Position numbers and translations under genes: made by a program. A DNA stretch of 64,000 nt from a virus: IMG/VR virus record IMGVR_UViG_3300037153_000606. One strand, written 5' to 3'. The notes under the pieces are model-generated. The model searched no databases, was not told the DNA's origin, and was given only the letters and a program-made list of their open reading frames with translations. Shown here in pieces: positions 19,060 through 29,308 of the stretch (its first letter is position 1; each line of letters opens with the position of its first letter).

Positions 19060-21147
19060 ATGATCACCAGCACCACCAACCTCGCGGAGATCGTCTCCAC
19101 CCTGCCCGAGGGCGAATCCCGCCTCATGCAGATCAAGCTGGACGCCCTCGCAGCGATCACCGACTCCATGGTCAACCTGTACAAGGACCCCTACCTCGCG
19201 GTGGTCCGGGAGTACTCCACGAACGCCCGCGACGCGATGATCGCGGCGGGCCGGGCCGACGAGCCGATCACCGTCATGCTGCCGTCCTCGCTGGACCCGA
19301 CGCTCACCGTCGCCGACACCGGCATCGGGATGAGCAAGGACCAGGTGCTCGACTTCTACTCGCAGTACGGCGCGAGCGACAAACGCGACTCGAACCAGCA
19401 GGCCGGGACCTACGGCTACGGCTGCAAGTCCGGCTTCGCGATCGCCGGTCAGTTCGTGGTCATTGCCACCCAGGTGGGCATGCAGACCGTCGCGATTTTC
19501 TATCGCGACGAGCACGGTGTGGGCATCGCCCGATTGGTCAGCCACACCGAGACCGACGCGCCGGACGGGGTCACCGTCAAGGTGCCGGTCGAGGACGCGA
19601 CCCGGATGGCGCAGACCGCCGAGCGGTTCTTCTTCTCCTGGCCGGAAGGCACGGTACTGGTGGACGAGGAGTTTCCGCGTTCGTTGCGCGCGGACGCACT
19701 GGTGCTCGGACCGGTCAGCTACCGCAAGCTGGACAAGGGCCTGGAATGGCGCGAGCGCGATGCGCAGAAGGGCATCAAGGTCGTGATGGGGCACACCGCC
19801 TACCCGGTGGACCACCACCTCATCCGGCGCTGGTCCCGCTTCGCCGATGCGGGCACGCTCTACATCGACGCCGAGATCGGCGACATCGATATCATCCCGT
19901 CGCGGGAGTCGGTCCGGGACTCGGAGAAGACCCGTGCGTTCATCGACGCGAAGATGGCCGAGTTCACCACCGCCCTCGCCCTGCACGTGCAGGGGCTGGT
20001 GGCCGAGCAGGACTCGCTCTACCAGGCCGCGCTGACGCTCAAGACCTGGACGCCGATCCTGCACGCGCTGCCCAAGTTCCCTGACTTCTCCTGGCTCGGC
20101 ACGCCGGTGCAGACCTGGGTCGACCTGACCCTCAAGGACCACCCGATGCGGGTGTTCACCCGCCACTCTCCGCGCCGAGCAGCGAAAGCCCGACTGAAGG
20201 AGGACAAGCACGGCCTGCGGGTCGATGCAGGCCAGTCCGAGAAAATTCTGGTAGTCACCGGGGTGAATCTCGCCGGGACCACTCCGGCCAAGCTGTCCGA
20301 CTACGCGATGGAGCAGGGCTTCACTCACGTGCTGCTGGTCGAGAAGGCCTCGGTGCTGCGCACCGGCTGGTTCAAGCCGTCGCTGCCGTTCGTCACTGTG
20401 CTCAGCCTGGTCGACTATGAGGCGGCACGCCGTACCGCCGCCAAGGCACGGCGGCTGGCCAATCCGCCGGAGCCGAAGGACAACACGGTCCGCTACGACG
20501 TGCTCCGCCAGGACGGCCAGGTGTCCTACGGGGTGACTCTGGCCGAGCTGAAGGGGTCCTTGAAGCTGTACTGGACCCGGATGCGTCAGTATCAGGTCAG
20601 CACGCTGCTGACCGAGGTCGGTGCCGCCGAGGACGAGTCGGTCGCCGTGCTCCTGCTCAATGCGCAACAGCGCGAGGAGACGGCGGTCAAGCGGTTCCCG
20701 GGCATCCAGCCGGTCACCGCGTTGGCCGAGGACGTAGCGCGCGTCAAGGTCGCCGCGTACACCCCGGAGCAGCGTGCCGAGATCACGGTGGGGATCGCCC
20801 GCCGGGAGGCCGACACCCATCTGGCCAGAAAGCTCACCGCACACCTGGACAAGATCACCGATCCGATCCTCGCCGACGTGGTGCAGAAGCTCTCAGGCAC
20901 CGAGATGAGCGAGGCGTACCAGAGCTACCGCGAGGTCAACGGTGCAGCGTTCATCAGCAACGCCCCGGCCTGGACCGCCTTCAACGCCGAGATTTACGAG
21001 GACGTGCCGTTCTACGTCAACGCCTTCAACGCCTACCCGCTGCTCAGTGCGCTGAGCCGGTGGAGCGCCAGTGAGGAAGAGATCAAGCACGCCGTGATCT
21101 ACATCAACGCCATCGCCACCGAACGGCTCTCCGCTGAGCTAGCCTGA
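19060..21147 (+). CDS. rIIA: rIIA-like protein (GHKL/HSP90-type ATPase N-terminus)
   Basis: VREYSTNARDA, VADTGIGMS, GTYGYGCKS; directly followed by an rIIB-like gene. Confidence 0.8.
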   Translation: MITSTTNLAEIVSTLPEGESRLMQIKLDALAAITDSMVNLYKDPYLAVVREYSTNARDAMIAAGRADEPITVMLPSSLDPTLTVADTGIGMSKDQVLDFYSQYGASDKRDSNQQAGTYGYGCKSGFAIAGQFVVIATQVGMQTVAIFYRDEHGVGIARLVSHTETDAPDGVTVKVPVEDATRMAQTAERFFFSWPEGTVLVDEEFPRSLRADALVLGPVSYRKLDKGLEWRERDAQKGIKVVMGHTAYPVDHHLIRRWSRFADAGTLYIDAEIGDIDIIPSRESVRDSEKTRAFIDAKMAEFTTALALHVQGLVAEQDSLYQAALTLKTWTPILHALPKFPDFSWLGTPVQTWVDLTLKDHPMRVFTRHSPRRAAKARLKEDKHGLRVDAGQSEKILVVTGVNLAGTTPAKLSDYAMEQGFTHVLLVEKASVLRTGWFKPSLPFVTVLSLVDYEAARRTAAKARRLANPPEPKDNTVRYDVLRQDGQVSYGVTLAELKGSLKLYWTRMRQYQVSTLLTEVGAAEDESVAVLLLNAQQREETAVKRFPGIQPVTALAEDVARVKVAAYTPEQRAEITVGIARREADTHLARKLTAHLDKITDPILADVVQKLSGTEMSEAYQSYREVNGAAFISNAPAWTAFNAEIYEDVPFYVNAFNAYPLLSALSRWSASEEEIKHAVIYINAIATERLSAELA

Positions 21148-21187
21148 GCCGCTACGTTTCAACCGTTACCGACAAGGAGAACCTGTC

Positions 21188-22030
21188 ATGCAGTACAACC
21201 TGGTGGAGTCCTCGCAGCAGGGCACCTCGCTGATCGTCATCGACGAGCCCACCCTCGAAGTGCTCACCATCCCGGCCAGCCACCCGAACTTCGCCCGCAT
21301 CCTGGAGCTGGCCCAGGGCGAGGGCGAGTTCGCCGTGGTGAAGCGGCTGTCCAACGCCGACGACGTGCTGCGCGACTACGTCGGGCTGTCCGAGCGGGTC
21401 TCGATGCGCGGGCGCAAGCTGTACTTCGATGGCGACCGGGTCAAGGGTCAGCTGGTCAAGCACATCGTGCGGATGCAGCGCGAAGGCCAGGCCGACCAGG
21501 CCCAGGCCTTGGTCAACTTCCTGGAGAAGCTGTCCACCAACCCGTCCGAGGTGTCCCGCGAGTCGCTGTACCGCTGGCTGCGGGACCGCGACTTCACCAT
21601 CACCGAGGATGGCGACTTCATCGCCTACAAAGGCACCACGCACGGGGGCCTCTCGGTCTCGCACGGCACCGCCTGGGTGGACGGAGTGCAGCACACCGGC
21701 GGGATCCCGAACGAGGTGGGCACCACGGTCACTATGCCGCGTTCTTCGGTGGACGACGACACTGCGTTGGGCTGCTCGATCGGGCTGCACGCGGGCACGT
21801 TCGACTACGCCCGTCACTTCTCTCCCGCGCGGGTGGTCAGCGTCAAGGTCAACCCGCGCGACGTGGTCAGCGTGCCCGCCGACTCCGAGCACCAGAAGCT
21901 GCGGGTGTGCCGCTACACCGTGCTGGAGGTAGTCGCCACGTTCTACCGGGAGCCGATCTACGTCGGCGGTCACCGCGACGACGAGGACGACTACGACGCC
22001 GAGGACGACGACAACGATTCCATCTGGTAG
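21188..22030 (+). CDS. rIIB: rIIB-like protein
   Basis: NPS..LYRWL..ITEDGDFIAYK, CSIGLHAG, VKVNPRDVVSVP..KLRVCRY. Confidence 0.85.
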   Translation: MQYNLVESSQQGTSLIVIDEPTLEVLTIPASHPNFARILELAQGEGEFAVVKRLSNADDVLRDYVGLSERVSMRGRKLYFDGDRVKGQLVKHIVRMQREGQADQAQALVNFLEKLSTNPSEVSRESLYRWLRDRDFTITEDGDFIAYKGTTHGGLSVSHGTAWVDGVQHTGGIPNEVGTTVTMPRSSVDDDTALGCSIGLHAGTFDYARHFSPARVVSVKVNPRDVVSVPADSEHQKLRVCRYTVLEVVATFYREPIYVGGHRDDEDDYDAEDDDNDSIW

Positions 22031-22036
22031 ATCGCG

Positions 22037-23633
22037 ATGCCAGCCAAGCTGCGGTTCCACCGCGCATTGACCCGGGAGCTGAAGCGGGTGCTGCGCAGCC
22101 AGGGCCTGTCGGTCGATGAGGAGGCCGCCCAGTTCGCGCTGGGCGGCCTTCCGCTGTCCTTGGGGTATTCCGCTGAGCTGCTGGAGACCGCCCAGCTCTC
22201 TGCATTGGACCCGAAGCGCCGCCAGGAGCTGATGGCCGCCTGGATCCGCGAGTTCCCGGACAACGACGGGTATCCGCCGCCGTTCGCCAAGGAGATCCTG
22301 CGAGTCGTCCACCGCGCCCAGCGGGCGCTCGATGAGGACCCGGATACCTTGATGTCCGCGCTGGAAGAGATCGTGTTCCGCTGCCAGATCGAACTGCTCT
22401 ACGAACCGCCGCTCAAGTCCCGTAAGTCCTGAAGGAGTTGCCCGTGGCCGCGCAATCGGTGAACGTCTACCTGCCCAAGGACCTGTCCGACCGGCTCGAC
22501 GCGGCCAAGGCCGCCGGGACGATCGACGTCAAGACCGTCGTCAAGGAAGCCCTCACGGCGGCCCTGAGCGGCTCGCTGCCCGATCCGGTGCCCGGTACCC
22601 GGGGAGCCGCCGCGATGGGCCAGCTGCGCGTCCTGAGCGAGTTCCTGGGCGGGGAGAAGATCCTGCCGTTGTGGACCGGCGAGGAGGGCTCGCCGGTGGA
22701 GGTCGCCTGCCGGATCATCGAACGGTCCTCGCACCCGGTGGTGACCGGCCCGGGTGAGGATGTCGCCTACGAACTGGTGTGGTCGGAGAACCTGCAGGAG
22801 TTCCAGGCCCGTCTGGATGCCGTCACCGACGCCGGGGGTCGTCCCCTCTCGGTGGCCATCACCGCCAAGGACCGGGTCTGCCTGTTGGTGGCGTGGTCGT
22901 CGTGAGTCAGTGTCCGTACACCGATTTCGAGGGCAAGCGGTGTGATCTGGACTGGCCGCATTCCGATGATCATCATCGGTTCGACCACCTCAGGAAGGTG
23001 CATATGCTCTGGGCCAACCTCGAATATCTCCCGCCGCAGAAGCCACCGCCGCCGCCGACGAAGGACGATCTCGCCAGTGCACGCAAGATCGCTCGCCGTG
23101 GTGCCCGACAGACGCGAAGCGTCGATCTGGATACTGTTACTCCGTATGACTGGGGATTGGTACCAGACAAGCTCTACGCCATCGCCAAGGTGGCTCCGAA
23201 CGTCGATCACCCTTACGACAAACGAGGACTCTCGACCGAGGTCTACGACCATATGGACCTGGACGACCTGGAGAACTCAACTATCGCTACAGTGCTCTGG
23301 GCGTGGACCGAGCATATGAGTCGTGGTCATACCGTCACTACGAAGATGTTCCGAGATGCCTTTCCGAAGTTGCAGGATCCCGATCGGCGTTTCCGGGCGA
23401 CCCGGACTTATCTCGACCGGCATCCGGAGGCCGGGTTCGTCGCGTTGCGCTACCGTGAGGCCCGCAACATCGTGCATAACATGTTCGTACCAGTGAACGC
23501 GAGCGGGCAGATCATTGTTACCGGTCTCCCCGCTGAGGTAGCCCAAAATTGGGCACAATGTCAGGCACTCCATGTCGAGGCGTTGGAGCGCAAGCTCAAA
23601 AGAGAAGCGCAACAAGCTGCAGCCCCGGTCTGA
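22037..23633 (+). other. three hypothetical genes (22037-22432, ~22444-22905 with RHH-like N-terminus, 22902-23633)
   Basis: contiguous coding-like ORFs; VNVYLPKDLSDRLD resembles a ribbon-helix-helix. Confidence 0.5.
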
Positions 23634-23674
23634 AGTAGGCGCGGGATTTTCTACGAAAGGATCATTACGTTCTC

Positions 23675-24097
23675 ATGGTCGTCGAAATCATCATCACCGA
23701 GCAGGCGTGGTGCGACCTGCACCTGCGCATCGAAGAGGTCAAGGTGGCGGCCACCGCCAGCCACATCATCGCCTTCGACGGCGGCAAACCGCGCCAGTTG
23801 GATGTCTGTGCCGAGCATGACCGGACTGTCACGCTGGCTGACCTGCCGGAGTACCTGGCCAGCTACGGCACTGTGATCAAGTCCGGCAAGCGGACCAAGC
23901 CGAAGTCGTCGACCACCGCCCAGACACAGCCGAAGCCGCCGACCCGCAAGCGGGCCCAGGAGGCGGAGCAGAAGTGCCCGGTGCCGGGATGCACCAAGGT
24001 GCTCAGGTCCGGCGGAGGGCTCGCTTCGCACCTGCGCGTGCACACCGAGGCCGAGCAGAAGCGGGCTCGCCGCACCAAAGGTGAGGCCGCCGCCTGA
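23675..24097 (+). CDS. Lsr2-dimerisation-like domain plus C2H2 zinc finger
   Basis: WCDLH..IAFDG..QLDVCAEH; CPVPGC..LASHLRVH. Confidence 0.55.
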   Translation: MVVEIIITEQAWCDLHLRIEEVKVAATASHIIAFDGGKPRQLDVCAEHDRTVTLADLPEYLASYGTVIKSGKRTKPKSSTTAQTQPKPPTRKRAQEAEQKCPVPGCTKVLRSGGGLASHLRVHTEAEQKRARRTKGEAAA

Positions 24098-24176
24098 GCG
24101 GGTAGATAGGACTCAGGAAATGCGGTAGCATGTTTCTCCGTACGTGTAAAGCAGACAGTTCAAGGAGGAACAAGCC

Positions 24177-26408
24177 GTGGGCTTGATCAAGGTTGGCACC
24201 CTGCCACCGACTCAGCGCGGTACCGGCCGGAAGCCCGGCACCTGGCGTGGGCATGCCGAAGAGGCCAACCAGTTGCGTGAGTTGGCGAAGAAGAATCCGG
24301 AGCAGTGGGGCATGGTGCTCGAACGCGTCCAGGCCTCGCGCGCCCAGCAGATCGTCTCAGCGATCAAGAACGGAACCGCCGCCGACTTCCGGCACGAGGA
24401 GTCCGGCGCGAAGTTCACCGCACACGCCCGCAAGAGCGCCGACCAGTCCGGTGCGCCGATGCGCAAGGACGTGCCGGTCACGCTCTACGACGTGTGGGCG
24501 CGGTACCTGCCTGACGGGACCGACGACGCCCAGGAGGACGCCAAGGAACTGGCGGGAGTCGGCTGAGGTAACCTCGGCGCTCGTTACGTTCCACAGCTAC
24601 GAAGGAGAGTTCAATCCATGCCCCAGTTCGATGCCTTCCTGGAAGGCCTGACCGACGAGTACCTGGCCTGTCGGGACCGTTCCATCGGGCATGACTGGGA
24701 TGTCGATCTCCCCTTCCAGCTGTCCCGCAGGCTGCGCAAGGGCTATGAGCTGATCCGGGCCTCCCGGTGCACCCGGTGCCACGCCCGCCGGTACGAGGTC
24801 TTCGAGCACAAGGGCGCGCAGGGCTACATCGTCAAGACCAAGGCCCGCTACGAGTACCCGGAGGGCTACACCGACACCGGCATCGGCCGGATCACCAACA
24901 CCGACGTGTGGACCGAGCAGCTGCGCCGGGTCGCGCCGTTGCCGATGCCGAAGAAGACTCCGGCCAAGCGCGGTCGGGCCCAGCTGCGCGCCGTACCGGA
25001 CGCGTCATGAGCGAGATTCCGCAGGTCCACGAGTTGCGGGTTGCCACTGTCAACCCGGGCTTGTTGGATGAGACGTTGCTCCAGCTTCCCGGCCCTCAGG
25101 CGCGGGTGGTAGACGGCACTTTCGACGGCATCGCCTGCACGGTGCGCGTGTTCGGCAATCCCGGTTTCCTGAAGTTCGCCCTTCACAATCAAGGCTATGG
25201 CCAGGTCCTGAGTGAGGAGCAGGTGCAATGAGGCACGGACGCTACGGCCATTGCGCCAAGGGCGGGCATCCCAAGCCTGCCGACGACAACTTCGTGTGCG
25301 GCGAGCATGCGGGCAGAGGCCTGTACACGCACTGCGCGGTGTGCGGGGTCGAGCTGGACGGGGAGTCGCGCAACTACGTGTGCGAGCCGCATCTGGCCGT
25401 CCGGGTGATGGCGACCTTCCCGCAGCAGACCAACCGGTTCGTCGCCCGGTTGAACGAGGACTACCAGAACGCCTACATGCTCGACGCGGAGTTCCACGCC
25501 CGGGTCGACTTGCTGCACAACATGTTGGCATTGGTCGAGACTGTGCTGGCCGAGGAGGGTTCGTTGTCGCACGAGCAGGTGGCCCGCATCCTCGACAAGA
25601 TCATCTATCTGGGGATCCCGGATCCTCGCGAGGCCATGATGCGCAGGAAGCTGCAGGATCCCGGGTTCGTGCTGACCGCCGAGTGGTTCCCGCTGTGACC
25701 ACCTACAGCTGCGCGATGTGCGCACGCACCGAGCAGGCGCGGTTGACCGACACCACTACTGGCAAGTACGAGATCCCGTCCGGCTGGGCCGGGGTGACGG
25801 TGGCCCGCAGTGGTGGCCTCACGTCCAATGCGGTGGTGTGCGGGCAGTGCCTACATCGGGTGCTGGCCCTGCTCGGGCTACCGTGAGGACATGAGAGAAG
25901 CGACAGACTGTCTCGAAGCGATCATCTTGCCGGGCAAGGACGAGCTGTGGGGCTGGCGGCGAGTGAGCACACAGGGCACCGTGATCGCCGAGTCGCCGAT
26001 CGGGTTTCCCTCTGAGGGGGATGCGCTGCGCGCCGCCCAGCGGCACAACCAGGACCTGGTCACTCACGAGGAACCTGCTGGGGCAGACACCTTGGGCTGA
26101 CCTCTGGTGCGAACCGCATCGGACGGTGGAGACTGCCTGGCATGACCACTCCCCCCGCGCCTGCCGACGACTGGCCGATCGAGGAACCGGACGAAGAGCT
26201 TCCGGAACGCCCTGACGATGACGGTGTGGATGATGTGGTCGCCGAGGACGGGTCGTCCACCCAGGAAGTGGTCTATACGCCGCCCGACGATCCGAGCCTG
26301 GAACCGGCCGAGAAGGCCGCCGTCATGGCGCAGGTTGCCGAGGAGTACCGGGACACCGGGGTGGTGACCACCGGCGACGAGCCGCAGACCGACCGCGATC
26401 TGCAATAG
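24177..26408 (+). other. run of small hypothetical genes (24177-24566, 24618-25010, 25007-25231, 25228-25698, 25695-25886, 25891-26100 second DUF1508-like, 26142-26408)
   Basis: RBSs and start/stop overlaps; several Cys-pair proteins. Confidence 0.6.
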
Positions 26409-27313
26409 TGGCCGAGTACGCGGGCAAGGGGCCGCAGGCCTGTTGGGCCGCGATTCATGCCGCGATGCCCCAGGCGGTCCTATCGGGCATTATCGGCGAT
26501 AGGGCACATACCTACGGGTATCACCGTGGGCGTAACTACGTGTCCGGCGGCGACTACTCGGCCACCCAGGCCGACGACCGGGCCGGTCCCGGTGAGGCCG
26601 CCTCCGCACTGGACGTGTCGCTCAACCCGAACGACATGAAGATCGTCACGCAGCGGCTGATCGACGCGGTCAACAAGAATGATCCCCGGTTGCATTGCGT
26701 GCGGGAGTTCTACGGCACCACGACCGGCACTACCGTCACGGGCCGCGACGTCCGGACGAAGAGTGTGGTCACGAGCGACCCGAGTCACCTGACCCACGAG
26801 CATGTCAGCTTCTACCGCCGCTGGGCAGACAACCCGACCGAATGCGCCAAGATGGCCGAGGTGTTCCTCGGCAAGGGCACCAGCGGCGGAACAGGAGATG
26901 ACCCCGTGCCCAAGGAGATGCGCCTCTACACCTCGGCGGCCAAGAAGACCTCGTACAAGAAGGGGACCTGGGTCACCCTCGGCTTCGACAAGTACGTCAA
27001 AGGCACCTCGGGCGGTTTCTCGGCCTGTCTTCCCGCCAACGCGAGCCGGTTCATCTGCACGGTCGACTTGACCTACACCAACCTGCCGCCGGACCAGAAC
27101 GCGTGGATCCGTATCCAGAACTGGGACGCCGCGACCAACAAGCAAACCGGGTTGTTCCCGATGGCCGAACTGCGCGGCACCACCGGCAAGACCACGCTCA
27201 GCTACACCCGGGTCGGTTCGCTCCCGGCCAAGCGCACCTACCTGCGGGTACTGGTCACCGGCACGAACGACGGCGTGATCGAGGCCGCCGACTGGCGCAT
27301 CCAGTACTGGTGA
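26408..27313 (+). CDS. putative endolysin (Zn peptidase, M15-like)
   Basis: GIIGDRAH..YH, ASALDV and HLTHEHVS motifs seen in actinophage lysins. Confidence 0.55.
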   Translation: MAEYAGKGPQACWAAIHAAMPQAVLSGIIGDRAHTYGYHRGRNYVSGGDYSATQADDRAGPGEAASALDVSLNPNDMKIVTQRLIDAVNKNDPRLHCVREFYGTTTGTTVTGRDVRTKSVVTSDPSHLTHEHVSFYRRWADNPTECAKMAEVFLGKGTSGGTGDDPVPKEMRLYTSAAKKTSYKKGTWVTLGFDKYVKGTSGGFSACLPANASRFICTVDLTYTNLPPDQNAWIRIQNWDAATNKQTGLFPMAELRGTTGKTTLSYTRVGSLPAKRTYLRVLVTGTNDGVIEAADWRIQYW

Positions 27314-27346
27314 GGGCCTTCCCGGGCGTGTCGCCTCTGAAGAAGA

Positions 27347-27913
27347 GTGGGCGGCTACTCCGGAGGATACGGCGACAACCTCACCGCCGAGGAGCTGATC
27401 GGGCGGCTGGAAGCCCTCAACACGCTGCGTAGCCGTGAGTGCGCCCATCCCGGGGCCGAGGCCGAGGATCTGGCCCAGGAGGGCCGTATCGCGCTCTGGC
27501 GGGCCGTACAGAGCCATCCCGGCCACTCCCGGGAGTACTACTCGGCGGCCAGCGGGCGGCGCATCCGGGAAGCGGCGATCCGCCAGACCTGGACCGGGCA
27601 CACCCGACACCACGGCCAGCCCACCGACCCGTTGCGCCAGCCCGGCAAGCGCTCCCTGGATGACCCAGACTTCGCGGTGCCCGAGGCGGTGGATGGCACC
27701 GACTGGGTGAACGCCGCCGAGTGGGGCTATCACCGGGGCGAGATCCTGGCCGCGCTGAACACACTCTCGCCGCAGGCCCGTGAGTATGTGTGGCGGCGGT
27801 TCTGGTGCGGCTGGTCGGCTGGTGAGCTGGACCAGGTCTACGGTGGCAACTCGTGGCGGGTATGGGATGCCGCCCGGTCCGAGCTGCGGGAGATGCTGGC
27901 ATTGCTCGGATAG
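27347..27913 (+). CDS. ECF-like RNA polymerase sigma factor
   Basis: AEDLAQEGRIALW (region 2); LNTLSPQAREYVWRRF (region 4). Confidence 0.7.
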   Translation: MGGYSGGYGDNLTAEELIGRLEALNTLRSRECAHPGAEAEDLAQEGRIALWRAVQSHPGHSREYYSAASGRRIREAAIRQTWTGHTRHHGQPTDPLRQPGKRSLDDPDFAVPEAVDGTDWVNAAEWGYHRGEILAALNTLSPQAREYVWRRFWCGWSAGELDQVYGGNSWRVWDAARSELREMLALLG

Positions 27914-28010
27914 GAATTTGAGGTCTCGGGGCGGCCGTGCAAGACTGTCAGTCTTGAGCATGAAGCGATGGATCGTGGAATGCTACCTTTGACAATTGCA
28001 TATAAGTTGT

Positions 28011-28154
28011 GGGTCGTGGTGTGCAGGACCGGGTTACTTCATGCTAAACCTCGTGTCGTGGGTTCGAATCCCACCCGAGGAGCTTGCTCTTCGGTAGCTC
28101 AGCGGTAGAGCAGAGGACAAGAGAGTCCTTGTCCGACCTCGGTATCACGATCCC
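28011..28154 (+). ncRNA. YrlA-like Y RNA with circularly permuted tRNA domain
   Basis: 12-bp terminal stem; T-arm GTGGGTTCGAATCCCAC 28058-28074, loop-closed acceptor hairpin 28075-28094, D-arm 28095-28112; 1.2 kb upstream of Ro60. Confidence 0.8.
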
Positions 28155-28282
28155 AGACTTCCCAGGTTGCGAGCCTGGGTACGAGGAGTCTCAGGCCGGT
28201 CGTAACTGTCCCGCCGTCCCTGCCGGTTGTCCCCGGCACACGGTGGCCACCCCGGACACGGTGGCAGCGATCGCGGACTTTC

Positions 28283-28318
28283 GATGCCGTCCCGGCCTGA
28301 GCGGGGCGGCATCCTTTA
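28283..28318 (+). terminator. hairpin followed by T run
   Basis: GATGCCGTCCCG..CGGGGCGGCATC-CTTT. Confidence 0.45.
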
Positions 28319-28333
28319 CGTCAGGAGATCACC

Positions 28334-28555
28334 ATGGAGAAACTGGACATCCGCTGCATCGGGTGTGGCAAGACGCCGGACGAGCTGGACGAGTACGCCC
28401 GTGAGTTCCTGGGTTATCCGGAGAGCTGGACCCGGACCGACTTCGTGCGCCGCGAGGAAGGTACCTACAACCCGGCCAACGGCCATTTCGCATGTACCAG
28501 GTGCTATATCGCCATGGGACAACCTTCCACTCCGAGTGGTTGGAAGGCTCCTTGA
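28334..28555 (+). CDS. small zinc-finger protein
   Basis: AGGAG RBS; CIGC and CTRC. Confidence 0.6.
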   Translation: MEKLDIRCIGCGKTPDELDEYAREFLGYPESWTRTDFVRREEGTYNPANGHFACTRCYIAMGQPSTPSGWKAP

Positions 28556-28867
28556 TTTACCCGGTGAACCTTTCCGCTACTCTCTCCGGGTGGTGAACGG
28601 CCTCGGGGAGCTTGGGGATGACACCCCGGGGCACGAGCCGCGCGGCGTGGTGGGCCGCAGCAATCGGAGGCGACTCTGACCGGCCTGCCGAATCCCCGCC
28701 GCGTGGTGCGTATTGCGCCGGTGCTGGGAACGATCGCAGGAGCATCGCTCCCAGCCCGGTGCAGGCATTGTGAGCTGGAGAGGATGTTGCGTGACTTGGT
28801 GTTCGGCGTGGTGATGCGGGTATTGCGGCCCCGGCGCGGCCGGAGCCACGAGACGGTGGGGACGGGC

Positions 28868-29089
28868 ATGGATCTGCGGCAGCTGAGCTGGACCTGCATG
28901 GTATGCGGCGACGAACGCCCGGACGCGGCGATCTCGGTGGCGCACCGGCCGTTGCGGCAGATGCCGGAACGCTTTCCGGAGGTGCAGGTCAACGTGCGGT
29001 ACTGCAATGACCGGGCCGCATGTGTCAGCTTCGCGCATGCCGACGGACCATGGCAGGGAATGTCCCGGGACGAGGCGCAACAGCGTTGA
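28868..29089 (+). CDS. small Cys-containing protein
   Basis: WTCMVC..YCNDR..C. Confidence 0.5.
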   Translation: MDLRQLSWTCMVCGDERPDAAISVAHRPLRQMPERFPEVQVNVRYCNDRAACVSFAHADGPWQGMSRDEAQQR

Positions 29090-29094
29090 GGCCT

Positions 29095-29168
29095 GTGGTC
29101 GCGGTGTGTAGGACCGGGTTACTTCTATCATTCTGAAAACACCTGGTCTGACTTGGTATCGCGATCGC
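29095..29168 (+). ncRNA. Y-RNA-like element 2 (no tRNA domain)
   Basis: shares GTCGYGGTGTGYAGGACCGGGTTACTTC and GGTATCRCGA ends with the 28011 RNA. Confidence 0.65.
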
Positions 29169-29216
29169 CATAAACCGAGTTGTCCCATCCTGCATTCTGT
29201 GATTCGCTGTAGCGCT

Positions 29217-29288
29217 GTCGCGGTGTGAAGGGCCCCGGTACTTCTTCTGGAAAAGAATCCACCCGGTGCTCATATCTGGTATCGCGGC
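29217..29288 (+). ncRNA. Y-RNA-like element 3
   Basis: GTCGCGGTGTGAAGG..GGTACTTC..GGTATCGCGGC terminal stem, immediately upstream of Ro60. Confidence 0.55.
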
Positions 29289-29308
29289 TTTACGTACTGG
29301 AGGACCCC

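Noticed and set aside
28058-28112. Canonical tRNA gene
   Set aside because: The T arm precedes the D arm, the acceptor stem is closed by a loop, and there is no anticodon loop or CCA end. It fits a YrlA-type mimic instead.
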